From Octopus sinensis (lineage: Eukaryota): DNA of 64,000 bases. A model generated the notes under the pieces. That model was not told the origin of the DNA, did not search any database, and saw only the letters and a list, made by a program, of their open reading frames with translations. The translations under genes and the position numbers were made by a program. This document shows, piece after piece, positions 11,526 through 23,656 of the stretch. Each line of letters begins with the position of its first letter. Position 1 is the stretch's first letter. The stretch is taken from assembly GCF_006345805.1 (NCBI RefSeq), contig NC_043001.1, positions 128,278,001-128,342,000 of the forward strand, read 5' to 3'.

Positions 11526-12292
11526 GTTTAACATCCGTTTTCCATGCTAGTATGGGTTGGACGGTTCAACAGGGTTCTGGGAAGCCAGAAGGCTGCACCA
11601 GGCCCAGTCTGATCTGGCAGTGTTTCTACGGCTGGATACCCTTCCTAATGCCAACTACTTCGTGAGTGTAGTGGGTGCTTTTTACGTGCCACCTGCACAA
11701 GTGCCACACGAGGCTGGCAAACGGTCACAATTGGATGGCGCTTTTTATGTGCAACTGGCACGGGGGCCAGACGAGGCTGGCAAACGGCCACGATCGGATG
11801 GTGCTTTTTATGTGCCACTGGCACGGGGGCCAGACGAGGCTGGCAAACGGCCATGATCGGATGGTGCTTTTTACGTGCCACCGGCACGGGGGCCAGACGG
11901 GGCTGGCAAACGGCCACGATCGGATGGTGCTTTTTACATGCCACCGGCACGGAGGCCAGTCGGGGCGGTGCTGGCAACGGCCACGTTCGGATGGTTCTCT
12001 TATGTGCCACCGGCATTGGTATCACAGCTACAATTTCCATTGATGTTGAAGTAGTGGGTTCTTTTTCATGCCACCAGTGTGGGTGATTTTATGTGCCACT
12101 GGTGCCAGCTAAGTGCCACCAGCATCAGCCATGACCACAATCTCACTTGGCTTGACAAGTCTTCTCAAGCACAGCACATCACATCACCAAAGGTCTTGGT
12201 CACTTGGCATTGCCTCCATGAACCCCAACATTCAAAGATCTTGTTTCACCACCTTGACCTATGTCTTCCTGGGTTATCTCTCCCATATGTTC
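11494..12292 (-). mobile_element. RTE-LINE 3' end (family D): ORF2 C-terminus, about 5 x 62-bp VNTR, (GAT)n tail
   Basis: Minus-strand PRKT..KVVKQDL.MLGFMEAMPSDQDLW at 12150-12290, then repeated GTGCCACCGGCAC units and the ..GGATGTTAAACGATGATGAT terminus. Confidence 0.8.
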
Positions 12293-12821
12293 CCTCCAGG
12301 AGAAAAAAAAAAAGGGGAAAATAGGAACAAAGAATGATAAAGAAAGAAAAAAAGGAGAGAAAAAAGAAAAACGAAAAAGAAAGGAAAAAAGGAAAAAGAA
12401 CACATCAATTCAACACCAAGTGCCTCAATTGGCTGCACACCTACTTATGTGTGCCTGTGTATATATAGCTGTGTGTGTGTGTGTGTGTGTGTGTGTATTA
12501 TATGTGTGTGTGCATGTACATATGTGTGTATATATGTATTTGTGTATTTGTGTGTATTTGTGTATGTATTTATGTGCATGTTGTATGAGTGTGTGTGTGT
12601 ACCTATGCACATGTGTACTATGTATTTGTATGTGTGTGTGATGTATGCATGTATGTACGATGTATTTGTGTGTGTGTGTGTGTGGTGTGTGACAGTGTGG
12701 AGAGGTGTTTCTCTTTCCCTGTCGTGACATCACATGACAGTTGTAACCAAGTGTCACCATCAAACAAGTGGTGTCATTTATTTCTTATCTCCTGTGAAAA
12801 CATGTCCTGCCAAACATGTGC

Positions 12822-13468
12822 CTTCGGCCCAGTGCGTCTATGCTGCCAACAAAGCACGCGGAGTTCTGTTCTTAAATTGACGGTCATTCGGAATGCTCAC
12901 AGCAGCCATATTCCTACCGCTCTATGTCACGCTGGTGAGACCCATATTGGAGTACGGGATTCAAGCCTCTTCTCCTTATCTCCTCAAAGACATACGGCAT
13001 CTCGAAAGAGTCCAGAAGCTGGCTACCCGCATGGTTCTTGGTCTCAAGAATTTGTCTTATGAAGAAAGGTTGAAGACGCTCGACCTTTATTCTCTAGAAA
13101 AACGACGACGCCGTGGTGATCTCATTCTCGCCCACAACATCATAAGCGGAAAGTGTAACCTCTCGAAAGAGCTGTTCTTCACTCCTGCTCCAGAGCGTCG
13201 GCTGCTGGGTCACTCCGAAAAGCTCTATCTGCGACGATTTCATCTCAATCAAAGGAGAGGGGCTTTCTCCGTCCGCGTTGCGGATCCGTGGAATAAGCTG
13301 CTGGACAAGATAGTGAAGATGCCGACGACCGCTCGGTTCAAAGTCTCTCTTGACCAGAAATGGCCTGAACTCTTTACATGAACACCACCCTGTACATAAC
13401 TCCATGTCCCCCTACATGGCCTTGCTTTTTGCTTTTTGAGCCAAAAATTAACTAACTAACTAACTAAC
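12822..13468 (+). mobile_element. 5'-truncated CR1-clade LINE (ORF2 C-terminus, 3' UTR, (AACT)n tail)
   Basis: ORF 12893-13381: LYVTLVRPILEYG, LERVQKLATRMV, LSYEERLKTLDLYSLEKRRRRGDLI, FSVRVADPWNKL; ends in AACTAACTAACTAAC. Confidence 0.92.
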
Positions 13469-13789
13469 CTTACATAGAAACAGGTGAAGGTCAGTGGCAG
13501 GGAGGGCATCCAGCTGTAGAAACCTGCCTCTTTTAAACCCCATCCAACCCATGCAAATTATGGAAAAGTAGCCATTAAAAAGATTATGATGATGGTGATG
13601 CTTAAGAGAATGATTATAATGATGACGGTGATAATGATGATGATAGAAAAAAACATAGATTACTATAAAAACTACTGTAAAAGCATTAAGTATACTAAAA
13701 CACTAGTATGTACTTTGATATCCTGAATCTTGATTCCAAAAGCATCTGGAAGTAATAGGGTCAGATTAACATTCCAACATTACACCACC

Positions 13790-14060
13790 ACTGCCACCAC
13801 TACCACCGCCACTACCACCACCACCACCGCCACCGCCGCCACTGCCGCCACCACTACCACCACCACCACCGCCGCTGCCGCCGCCGCCACCTCCACCACC
13901 ACCACCACCACCGCCACCGCCACCGCCACCACCACCACACCACCACCACCACCACCACTACCACCACCGCCACTACCACCATCACCACCACCACCACCAC
14001 CACCACCACCACCACCACCACACCACCACCACCACCACCACTACCACCACCGCACCCACT
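13790..14060. repeat. (CCA)n/(CCG)n trinucleotide tract
   Basis: Direct inspection. Confidence 0.95.
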
Positions 14061-14306
14061 GCTGCTGATATTTGGAACATTTTGCCCATTAAAAGAAATA
14101 GACATTAAAGAGTATATAACATTCATATTAAAGATTTTAATAAACCCAAAGGAATACGACACACCCAGAATTTATAAAGCTGTGACGAAGAGAAGGAAAG
14201 ATAGAAAGAGAATGAGAGAGAGAGAGAGAGAGAGAGAGACTTAGAAAGGGATGCTGGTGAAAATATTTCACAGAGTGAGAGAATCCGGAAGTCTAAATTT
14301 AAAAGT

Positions 14307-14348
<42 letters not shown>

Positions 14349-14401
14349 TCATTTTTGGATTTGGTTTGCAAGATTCTTTATATGAGTTCGTGTGTTGAAG
14401 C

Positions 14402-14576
14402 ATATTCTGTTGTGTCTGGGGAGAGTCATTTTCATTTTGTGCCTTATAATGTAACACACTCACTGGTAAAATTTTAGGAAAATAAAAATAAGAAATAAGT
14501 GGAAATTTTACCAGTGAGTGTGTTACATTATAAGGCACAGAAAGAAAATGACTCTCCCCAGACACAACAGTAATAT
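14402..14576. repeat. Foldback element with about 70-bp inverted arms and about 30-bp AT-rich loop; with a 55-bp left extension it lies between two (TA)n tracts
   Basis: CTGTTGTGTCTGGGGAGAGTCATTTTC..CACTGGTAAAATT versus its reverse complement at 14504-14576. Confidence 0.9.
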
Positions 14577-14578
14577 AT

Positions 14579-14611
<33 letters not shown>

Positions 14612-14954
14612 GAGTGTTCAGTAAAGAAGACAAAACAATTCTGGCCAATTTGAAATGATAGAAAGAGAACAGTTTCCAGACAAAGGCAATGAGCTGGACT
14701 GAAAAAACAAACACAAATCTAGTAAAAAGACAGATGCTGAACTGGTTCTCTACATATAAATACACTAAACTAATTCATTTTATGTTGTTTGTTATTTACA
14801 GTATAGTTTTGTACAAATTAATTTAGTCTGTTTGATGACTATGAATTTGTATCTCTATTTTGTATTCTTATTATTTACACTATAGTTATGTGTACCATCA
14901 TCATCATCATCATCATCATCATCATTTAACATTGATAGATAAATAGATAGATAT

Positions 14955-15240
14955 AATCTTTTACTTGTTTCAGTCATTTGACTGTGGCCATGCTGGAGCA
15001 CTGCCTTTAGTTGAAGAAAGCGACCCCAGGACTTATTCTTTGTTAGCCTAGTACCTATTCTATCTGTCTCTTTTTACTGAACCACTAAGTTACGGGGATG
15101 TAAACACAACAACATCAGTTGTCAAGCAATGATGGGGGGACAAACAGAGACACAGAAACATGTACATATATCTACATATATACAATGGGCTTCTTTCAGT
15201 TTCCATCTACCAAATCCACTCACAAGGCTTTGGTCAGACC
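14955..15240 (-). mobile_element. SINE family B, diverged
   Basis: Reverse complement of the family B body and tail. Confidence 0.85.
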
Positions 15241-15934
15241 GAGGTTAGGATGGATGGTTTGACAGTAGGATAGGATGGTTTGGCAGTAAGTGACAAGTTA
15301 GAAGACTGCATTAAGCTCTACTGTCTATTTTGGCATGGTTTTCTATGGCTGAATGCTCTTCAGAGATGGTTATCAAGTAACTTGCAGGACAAGATCCCTC
15401 AACTGACAGGTGGAGGGTGGGGTGGGGCAGTAGTACTGAAGGACAGAGAAGGTGTTTTGCATTAGAAGAGAAACATGGGTATGTCAAATGGGGAGAGAGT
15501 AGAGAAAGATGGTGAAGATGTGAAAAGGAAGGGACAAGGGTTGTACACCCAAGTTACCCCAAGGAGGTAGTTACACCCAAGTTACCTCAAGGAGGTAGTT
15601 ACACCCAAGTAACCCCAAGGAGGCAGGGGTGGTACACCCAAGGAGGAGTTCACAAGATTTCAAAAGGTGAATGGGAGTTAGAGGTGGGGAATGGTGAGGC
15701 CTGTAATGAGTGGGCACTGGTAGAGGGTAGGAGTATTAGGAGGATATGTTGTGGGGAGGGGATTTAACAGAGACACAAATGTGTGCAGGCAGGTGTGCAA
15801 GTGAGAATGGAAGGGATGTGAAGGGGAAAGGAGAAATAGCAGTGTTGAGCTTGGGTGGTTGTTGAGGTATGTGGGGCATGGGCATGGGGTGTGGGGCATG
15901 GGCATTTTACTTAACTGGGTGTGTCTTCTCAAGC

Positions 15935-16110
15935 ACAGCAAATCAATAGTTGTCGCAGTCCTTTGTCATCTCTTCTGTGAGGCTCAACATCTGAAGATCA
16001 TTTCTCAGCACTTCATCAAATGTCTTCCTGGGTCTTCTTCTTTCACAGGTTCCCTGGTACATATATAGGTGTGGAGTATATACACCATAAAACCAGGAAA
16101 GTGGCCCTTG
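15935..16110 (-). mobile_element. RTE-LINE ORF2 C-terminal fragment
   Basis: RRRPRKTFDEVLRNDLQMLSLTEEMTKDCD, homologous to 12150-12290. Confidence 0.7.
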
Positions 16111-16130
16111 CAAGTCAGCATGACTCCAGA

Positions 16131-16346
16131 AGGCTGAACCGTTAGCACGCTGGGCGAAATGCTTAGTGGTATTTCGTCTGCCGCTACGTTCTGAGTTCAA
16201 ATTCCGCTGAGGTCGACTTTGCCTTTCATCCTTTCGGGGTTGATAAATTAAGTACCAGTTACGCACTGAGGTCGAAGTAATCGACTTAATACCTATGTCT
16301 GTCCTTGTTTGTCCTCTCTGTGTTTAGCCCCTTGTGGGTAGTAGAG
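16131..16346 (+). mobile_element. SINE family A
   Basis: Matches the family A consensus. Confidence 0.88.
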
Positions 16347-18112
16347 AATTTGGTACTTTACTTTATGATGGACTGCTTAAAATAAGTTGTTTACCCAAGC
16401 AGGGAAGGGGGGGAAGAGTAAAAGAATTTTTAATTAAAATCGAAAATAAGTTTTTGCAGAACCCTAATCTCCCATGCTTTACAAATATGATTTATCTCAT
16501 ATCTTTACTTTACTTGTTTTGGTCATTTGACTGCAGCCATGTTAGAGCACCACTTTGAAAGGTTTTAGTTGAATAAATCAACCCCATTACTTATTTTCCT
16601 TTTTAAAAATTTGGTACATATTTTATTGGTCTCTTTTGCCAAACCACTGAGACACAGGGATGTAAAGAAACTAACATCAGTTATCAAATAGTGGTGGGAG
16701 ACAACCTTGAGCAGAAAGATACACACAGACTCACACACACAAACATACGATGGGCTTTTTTCAGTTTTCATCTATCTAATCCACTAACAAAGCTTTAGCT
16801 TATTGCAGGGCTACAGTTGAAGATTCTTGCTAAAAGTGCCATGCTGTGGGACTAAACCCCAAAATACATAGTTGAGAAGCACACTTCTTAAAGACTCAGC
16901 CATGTTTGGTCCTATTTAAAAAAAAAAAAATTCAAGGAAAAGAAAACATAATGAAATGAATATGGTCTGTTACAAACACCAAAAGAGAAGAGAGTAAGAC
17001 GAAAAAAAAAAACAGAATTAAAAATTGAATTTGGGAAGATATATTTTTTAGTAGAATTGTAATTTCCAATATTTAAAACAGGAATCAAAAGGAAAAAAAT
17101 TCAAATAAATATAAGAACAAAGTTATGGGTGGTAGGGTATTAATTTAAAAACTCCAGTATAGACAATGATGTTCTATAAATGTTTCTGCAAATTTTAGTT
17201 ATGGTTATGGTTAAATTTAGAGTTATTCGTAGCTTGAGACTTTTTGTTTTCACATTGTTGTAATTCAACAATTGCATCTAAGCATATATATTTAGCTACC
17301 ATGCGATGCATGGACAGGCTATTTGTAGTCTTGTTTCGCTTGTTTCTTTATGTACTTATGCAAGAGATATTTAATGTTCAGATATTAGTTTTGTCTCGAG
17401 TATGAGACGTTTTGGCACAGCAGTTTTGGCATTACCTGTTTGGCAGTGTGGCTTCAAAGCTGACTTATTTGAAATCAGAGATAACAATCTCACTCTCTCT
17501 TTCTCTCTCTCTCTCCCTCCTTCCCCACTCTGAATTTGTATATTTCTGTGCATGCATGCATGTGTGTGTATGTGTGTCCGTTTATCCAGTGTCAGAATAT
17601 GCTATTGCCAAAACAATACCAGCTTGATAATAACAATTATTTTACTAAATTCTTCACTTTTTTCAAAATTAATTCAAACAATGGTTGTATATTCCAACAG
17701 AAATATGGTAACAAAAAAAAAATATATATATTCATATATACACTATATTATATATATATATATAAATATATACTTACACACAGACACACACGTATGTATG
17801 TATGTATGTATGTATGTATGTATGTATGTATGTATGCATGCATACATATATGCATGTATGGAAATATACGAGAGTGTGTGTGTATGTATGTGTGTGTATT
17901 TTCTACCAATAAGTGCTCTCTATAGCTGTAAATTCTAAAGGACTAATGCAATGAGGAAACAAAATTATAAGGTATGCGAGTAGATAGAAGAGACAAAACC
18001 AAATATTCTTTTGTATTTACTTATATAAAGAAGAAGAAAAAAAAAATTGGTAAATGTGATATATTGTTCCTTTTTGTTTTATATTTTTGTTAGGTTTTTT
18101 GTTTTTGTTTAG

Positions 18113-18250
18113 ATGAGAATCAATTATATGAAACTACAGTAATACAGAAAACATCTAAGAATAAAGGCAACAAAATAAATATATATATAAAAGAAAAGAT
18201 TTGGCTTCATACTAATTCTCATCACACTCAACCATATTGCAGCCAGACAG
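18113..18250 (+). other. Candidate 138-bp phase-1/phase-1 exon (ENQLYETTVIQKTSKNKGNKINIYIKEKIWLHTNSHHTQPYCSQT)
   Basis: Long T-rich tract then AG at 18111-18112, donor CAG|GTGAGA at 18251, one open frame; no recognisable homology. Confidence 0.25.
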
Positions 18251-18779
18251 GTGAGAATAACAAAAAATAAATAAATAAAAATATATAAAAAAAAACAAAC
18301 AGAGAATAAAAATAATTGAATGTTTCATAAGTGAATTATTATTACAAAGTTTTGCTAAGAAAATTTCAAGCACGATAAAGAAAAGAGTCAGAAAGAACAA
18401 AATATCTTGTTGTCTTAAAAGAAAGTTGCATTGTAATAGATATATTAGTTTAGAGAAGTATTAGTTAAGTACATTAGGGAATTATCTCCCTTACCCTTTT
18501 TGAAATGGCTTTTCATTAACACTAATAAATTTTCTCATAGTTATATAATTTGTTGTTATATTCTTTTATTTATTCTAGACATTGAACTATTGTTATGGTG
18601 AAGTCATTGCCTTCAAGGGGTTTAGTTCATCATATTGATTCTAATGCTTATTTTTAAGTCTTGTGCTTGATTTCTATTTTTTGGACTGCTAAATTACAGG
18701 ACATTAGCAAAAAGCACCAGTTTTTAAGACATGTACAGACATGCAGTACATATACACATACATATACACATTGCTTCAC

Positions 18780-19140
18780 AACCACATGGTTCCGGGTCCA
18801 ATCCCACTGCGTGGCATTTTGGGCAAATGTCTTCTACTATAGTCTCAGGTCCAACCAAAGCCTTGTGAGTGGATTTGTTAAACAGAAACCCACAGGAGCC
18901 TGTCGTATATATGTATATATATATATATGTGTGTGTGTGTCTTTGTGTCTGTGTTTGTTTCCCACCCACTTGACAGTAGGTGCTGGTGTGTTTATGTTAC
19001 TGTAACTTAGTGATTTGATAAAAGAGACTGATGCAGTAGGTACCAGGCTTAAAAAAATAGTATTGAGGTCAATACATTCGAATAAAAAACTTTTCAGACC
19101 CCGGCATGGCTGCAGTCTAATGACAGAAACAAGTAAAAAA
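18780..19140 (+). mobile_element. SINE family B
   Basis: Matches the family B consensus. Confidence 0.85.
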
Positions 19141-19158
19141 TAATATATATATATATAT

Positions 19159-19562
19159 ATAGAATGGTTGTATACTGTCAATCTAACACGAACGTGACAG
19201 TAGGTGGGTACACCACCGCTGTATAGCCCTAGGAAGCATCGACGCCTCCTGATGGCTTTGACACATTTTTTTCCCTGTGTCCTTATATACATTTACGAAG
19301 GGAGACAAACACCCCCGGCCACCGGAGCTGCATCTAGGGACACGTGTTTCAGGATCATTGTCCTTCATCGGCCTAGAGTAGCAGACACCGGTCAGCTGGC
19401 GATTTTGTCTCGACTTCATATTGTATATATCTAAAATTCAGTGAAGTCTATTCACTGATTATCAAATAAGAAATACTAAATTTCTAAATCTCTCGTAGAG
19501 ACATGTACGGTGGGGTGGATCGATAGAATGGTTGTATACTGTCAATCTAACACGAACGTGAC
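19159..19562 (-). mobile_element. Non-coding hammerhead-bearing element: 364-bp monomer plus 40-bp terminal redundancy, abutting (TA)n
   Basis: ATAGAATGGTTGTATACTGTCAATCTAACACGAACGTGAC occurs identically at 19159-19198 and 19523-19562. Confidence 0.85.
19333..19377 (-). ncRNA. Minimal type I hammerhead motif, U4C core variant
   Basis: Sense: TCTAGG-CCGATGA-AGGA(CAATGA)TCCT-GAAA-CACGTG-TC-CCTAGA. 6-bp stem I, 4-bp stem II, palindromic stem III ACACGTGT, GUC site. Confidence 0.8.
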
Positions 19563-19726
19563 TGTAGCATCTTACTTTGGCAACATGCTGAAGGGCGAGG
19601 GAGGATGACTTACTCTCATTCATTTTTTGAATTTAGCGGCACTAGCACGGAAATGATCTCTCTGATACCGTTAGGTGAAGTGATGGTTTCCAGTGCCTTC
19701 AAATTTAATATGCAATATATATATAT

Positions 19727-19758
<32 letters not shown>

Positions 19759-20364
19759 ACATATATTATGTATTATATTATAATTTATGTGTGTGTGAAT
19801 GTTTGTATGTTTGTGCCTCCTTATCATGATGTAGTATGGTAGTCATAAATGAGTATCACTGTCTTACAGGTAGTGTCATTGATTTTCAATATTATGCAAA
19901 AACATGTCTGGACATTGGGAAATATTACCTTACATGGAAATAGGCGAGGGTTGGTGACAGAGAGGACATTCGGCCATAGAAAATCTGCCTCAATTAACTC
20001 CATCCAACCTATGCAAGCATGGAAAAGTGGACACTAACATGATGATGATGATGATGATGATGATAAAGATGATGCACACATACATATGCAAGACTTTTCT
20101 CAAGTTCCAAATGTGAATTTGTCTGTGTTAACTACATCCCAAAGATGGAGCCTTGTATCTTTGTCAGAAACCAGCTCCCTCCACAGTGGAAGATTTATAA
20201 TAATTAACAAATAGAAGAGACACACAGATACATACATACATACATTATATACATACATGCATACATGCATAAAGCTGAAGATCAGTGAAAAAGAGAACAC
20301 CTACGCTAAACTATTGAGAAATCTGCAGTCACTCTATCCAGATTACAAGTTTAGGTTTATACCT

Positions 20365-20599
20365 ATTTCTTTACTACCCACAAGGGGCTAAACACAGAGA
20401 GGACAAACAAGGACAGACAAACGGATTAAGTCGATTACATCGACCCCAGTGTGTAACTGGTACTTAATTTATCGACCCTGAAAGGATGAAAGGCAAAGTC
20501 GACCTCGGCGGAATTTGAACTCAGAATGTAATGACAGACGAAATACGGCTACGCATTTCGCCCGGCGTGCTAACGTTTCTGCCAGCTCGCCACCAGCTT
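20365..20599 (-). mobile_element. SINE family A with 16-bp TSD
   Basis: TSD GTTTAGGTTTATACCT (20349-20364) / GTTCAGGTTTATACCT (20600-20615), one mismatch. Confidence 0.92.
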
Positions 20600-21180
20600 G
20601 TTCAGGTTTATACCTGTAATAATTGGGGCACTGGGATATGTAACACACAGCCTAAATACCAATCTTGTGAAATTAGGCTTCTCAAAACTAGAATGGAGAA
20701 AGGTGATTCAAACACTACAGATCCAAGCCATCCCTGGAACTGTAAAACTCTGATAGACAGACATACACACACACACTCACACACGTATACATACATATGT
20801 ACATAAATACATACAACCTGCCCTGGAAGCATGATAGACTATTAGCAGAGACTATTTACAATGCTACCCACAGGAAGGACTGCCCTGACATATACATTAA
20901 AAGCATGTTAGAACCAGCAGGTATTCACACTTTTCCAAACAAGGAATACTGATGGAACATTCCACTAAAACCAGCAATTCAATGCAAACATAACAAACCT
21001 GATAGTGTTCTGCACGGCAGGGAACAAAAGTCATGCACTGTTGTAGAGGTCAGCTGCCCAGCAGATGTGAATGTATAATCAAAAGCCCAGGAAAAAAGTA
21101 GAAATTTTATGGTGAATTAACGTGGAATTTACAGCTCTTATAACCTGACTACAAATTCTCGTTTGTACCTATCACCATAG

Positions 21181-21569
21181 TAGTAGGAGCACTCCGTCGG
21201 TTTCGACAATGAGGGTCCCAGCTGATACGATCAACGGAACAGCTTGCTCGTGATATTAACGTGCAAGTGGCTGAGCACTCCACAGACACGTGTACCCTTA
21301 ACGTAGTTCTCGAGGAGATTCAGCGTGACACAGAGTGTGACAAGGCCGGCCCCTTGAAATACAGGTACAACAGAAACAGGAAGTAAGAGTGAGAGAAAGT
21401 TGTGGTGAAAGAGTACAGCAGGGTTCACCACCACCCCCTGCCGGAGCCTCGTGGAGCTTTAGGTGTTTTCGCTCAATAAACACTCACAACGCCCGGTCTG
21501 GAAATCGAAACCGCGATCCTACGACCGCGAGTCCGCTGCCCTAACCACTGGGCCATTGCGCCTCCACAA
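21181..21569 (-). mobile_element. SINE family C with 14-bp TSD
   Basis: TSD ACCTATCACCATAG at 21167-21180 and 21570-21583; head GGAGGCGCAATGGCCCAGTGGTTAGGGCAGCGGACTCGCGG. Confidence 0.93.
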
Positions 21570-21890
21570 ACCTATCACCATAGGCTATATACCAATAAAT
21601 TTACACAAAACCAAAAAGTACGAGGTTTTTTTTGAAGAAAGAGCAAATGCAATATATTATTAGAACGCAATATATTATTAGAATGCAATATATTATTAGA
21701 ACGGTGAAGATTTGTAAGACATCCTAATGATTCTCCATCTGACATTCTTTAGGTGAATAGATGCATAGTAGTTCAACCAACACACCAACTCAACTGCATA
21801 TTTTAAACACCAGGAACTGTCTTAGCTCAAAAAGTCTAGTTGCTTTGTTAGCAACTGACTTGAACTCTCTTAAGAAGAGCTAAAATAAAG

Positions 21891-21925
<35 letters not shown>

Positions 21926-22474
21926 TAGATGCCTGCATGCATACATACATACATACATACATGCATACATACATACATACATACATACATACATACATAC
22001 ATACATACATACACACATGCATGCATACATACATACACACATGCATACATACATACATACATACATACATACATACATACATACATACAAAGAAACAAAC
22101 AAACAAATGCATATATACATACAAACAGACTAACAGATGAAAAGACAAACTGATAAGTAGTCAGGCAATCTGACTATTTACTATATATTTTAGAAGCATA
22201 CATGCACGCAGAATAGAAGTTAGACAATTGAAGCTGCAATGTTCTTTATCTAAGCTACCTTCCAGAGTATTCGTATATATTTTTCGTAAGGGAAAACAAA
22301 AGTTTAACTTTGAATAATGAGAATAATATAAAACTTCATTAATTATACAGTAAAATTAAATTGAAACCTAATTTTTTAAAGATAAATTTTTAAATATTCT
22401 TTAGATATTTTAATAAAAATTTTTTTAATTTAAAAATTTTTTTAAATAGAATAAGAATGAAAAAAATTTTGAAT

Positions 22475-22616
22475 TGCTTACCAACCACATGGTTTCAGGT
22501 TCAGTCCCACTGCATGGCACCTTGGGCAAGTATCTTCTACTATAGCTTCGGGCCGACCAAAGCCTTGTGAGTGGATTTGGTAGACGGAAACTGAAAGAAG
22601 CCCATCGTATATATGA

Positions 22617-22650
<34 letters not shown>

Positions 22651-23050
22651 ATATGTTTGTGTGTCTGTGTTTGTCCCCTCAACATCGCTTGACAACCGAT
22701 GTTGGTATGTTTACGTCCCCATAACTTAGCGGTTCAACAAAACAGGCCGATAGAATAAGTACTAGGCTTACAAAGAATAAGTCCTGAGGTTGATTTGCTC
22801 AACTAAAGGTGGTGATCCAGCATGGCCGCAGTCAAATGACTGAAACAAGTAAAAGAGTATAAAATAAATGGCTAAAGAATGGGTAAAGAATGGCCGAGTG
22901 CTAAGAAGCTAGCTTCCCAACCACATGGTTCCGGGTTCAGTCCCGCTGCATGTCACCTTTAGGTAAGTGTCTTCTACTATAGCCTTGAGCCAACCAATGC
23001 CTTGTGAGTGGATTTGGTAGATGGAAACTAAAAGAAGCCCATCTTATATA
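22475..23050 (+). mobile_element. SINE family B plus an adjacent 5'-half copy
   Basis: Family B motifs at 22475-22860 and 22905-23050. Confidence 0.85.
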
Positions 23051-23276
23051 TAGTTCAGAGACAAGATTCCATCTTTGAACTTCTTTCCTTTGACAGGTCA
23101 AATGTAAGATCTCTTGAAGATGGAGGCTCGTCTCATCCTATGTTGGAATCAATCTAGAAGCATTATTTTGGATCACCAAGTCCTCAGAAAACATCTGTTG
23201 GATTTGTAATATCTTTCTTCAATCCCTTTAATTCTCTGTATCATTTGTATTCTGTGTTAGTCAGACCTTTTGTATG

Positions 23277-23345
<69 letters not shown>

Positions 23346-23656
23346 TATATACTTTTTTTGTATTTCATGTATTTAACATAATTTATATATTGATCTATCT
23401 AACTTGTTTATCCCTAAATTTACTTCTGTGTGTGTGTGTGTATCTTTGTGTCTGTGTTCATCCCCTACCACTGCTTGACAACTAGTGTTAGTGTGTTTAC
23501 CTCCATGTAACTTAGCAGTTTGGCAAAAGAGATTAATAGAATAAGAACCAGGCTTATAAAAAAGAAAATAAGTACTAAAAATTCGAGGCAGTGCCCCAGC
23601 ATGGCCGCAGTCTAATGAGTGAAACAGACAAAAGATAAAAGAGAAAATTGTTTATA

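Larger units (their letters stand above)
20085..21720 (+). mobile_element. Two fragments of RLE-type LINE endonuclease region, each split by a SINE insertion with TSD
   Basis: KISEKENTYAKLLRNLQSLYPDYKF/IPVIIGALG and WNIPLKPAIQCKHNKPD..VEVSCPAD-like peptides. Confidence 0.65.

Noticed and set aside
11687-12000. 60-bp repeats as a CRISPR-like array
   Set aside because: There are no unique spacers; whole units are homologous, they belong to a retroelement UTR, and the context is eukaryotic.
17311-17405. Hydrophobic short ORF (MRCMDRLFVVLF...) as a signal-peptide first exon
   Set aside because: The only nearby donor gives phase 0, incompatible with the phase-1 candidate exon at 18113; no other support.
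20276-20300. CTGAAGATCAGTGAAA
   Set aside because: It lies in LINE coding sequence (KISEKE) and has no room for stem II; chance match.
21530-21566. tRNA-like heads as functional tRNA genes
   Set aside because: They continue into SINE bodies with TSDs, and a complete cloverleaf/acceptor stem is not supported.
23053-23270. (TA)n-flanked segment with TTGAAGA-TGGAGGC..GTCTC and, on the minus strand, CTGAGGA-CTTGG..CCAA
   Set aside because: The GAAA arm and cleavage triplet are missing; too decayed to call a hammerhead.
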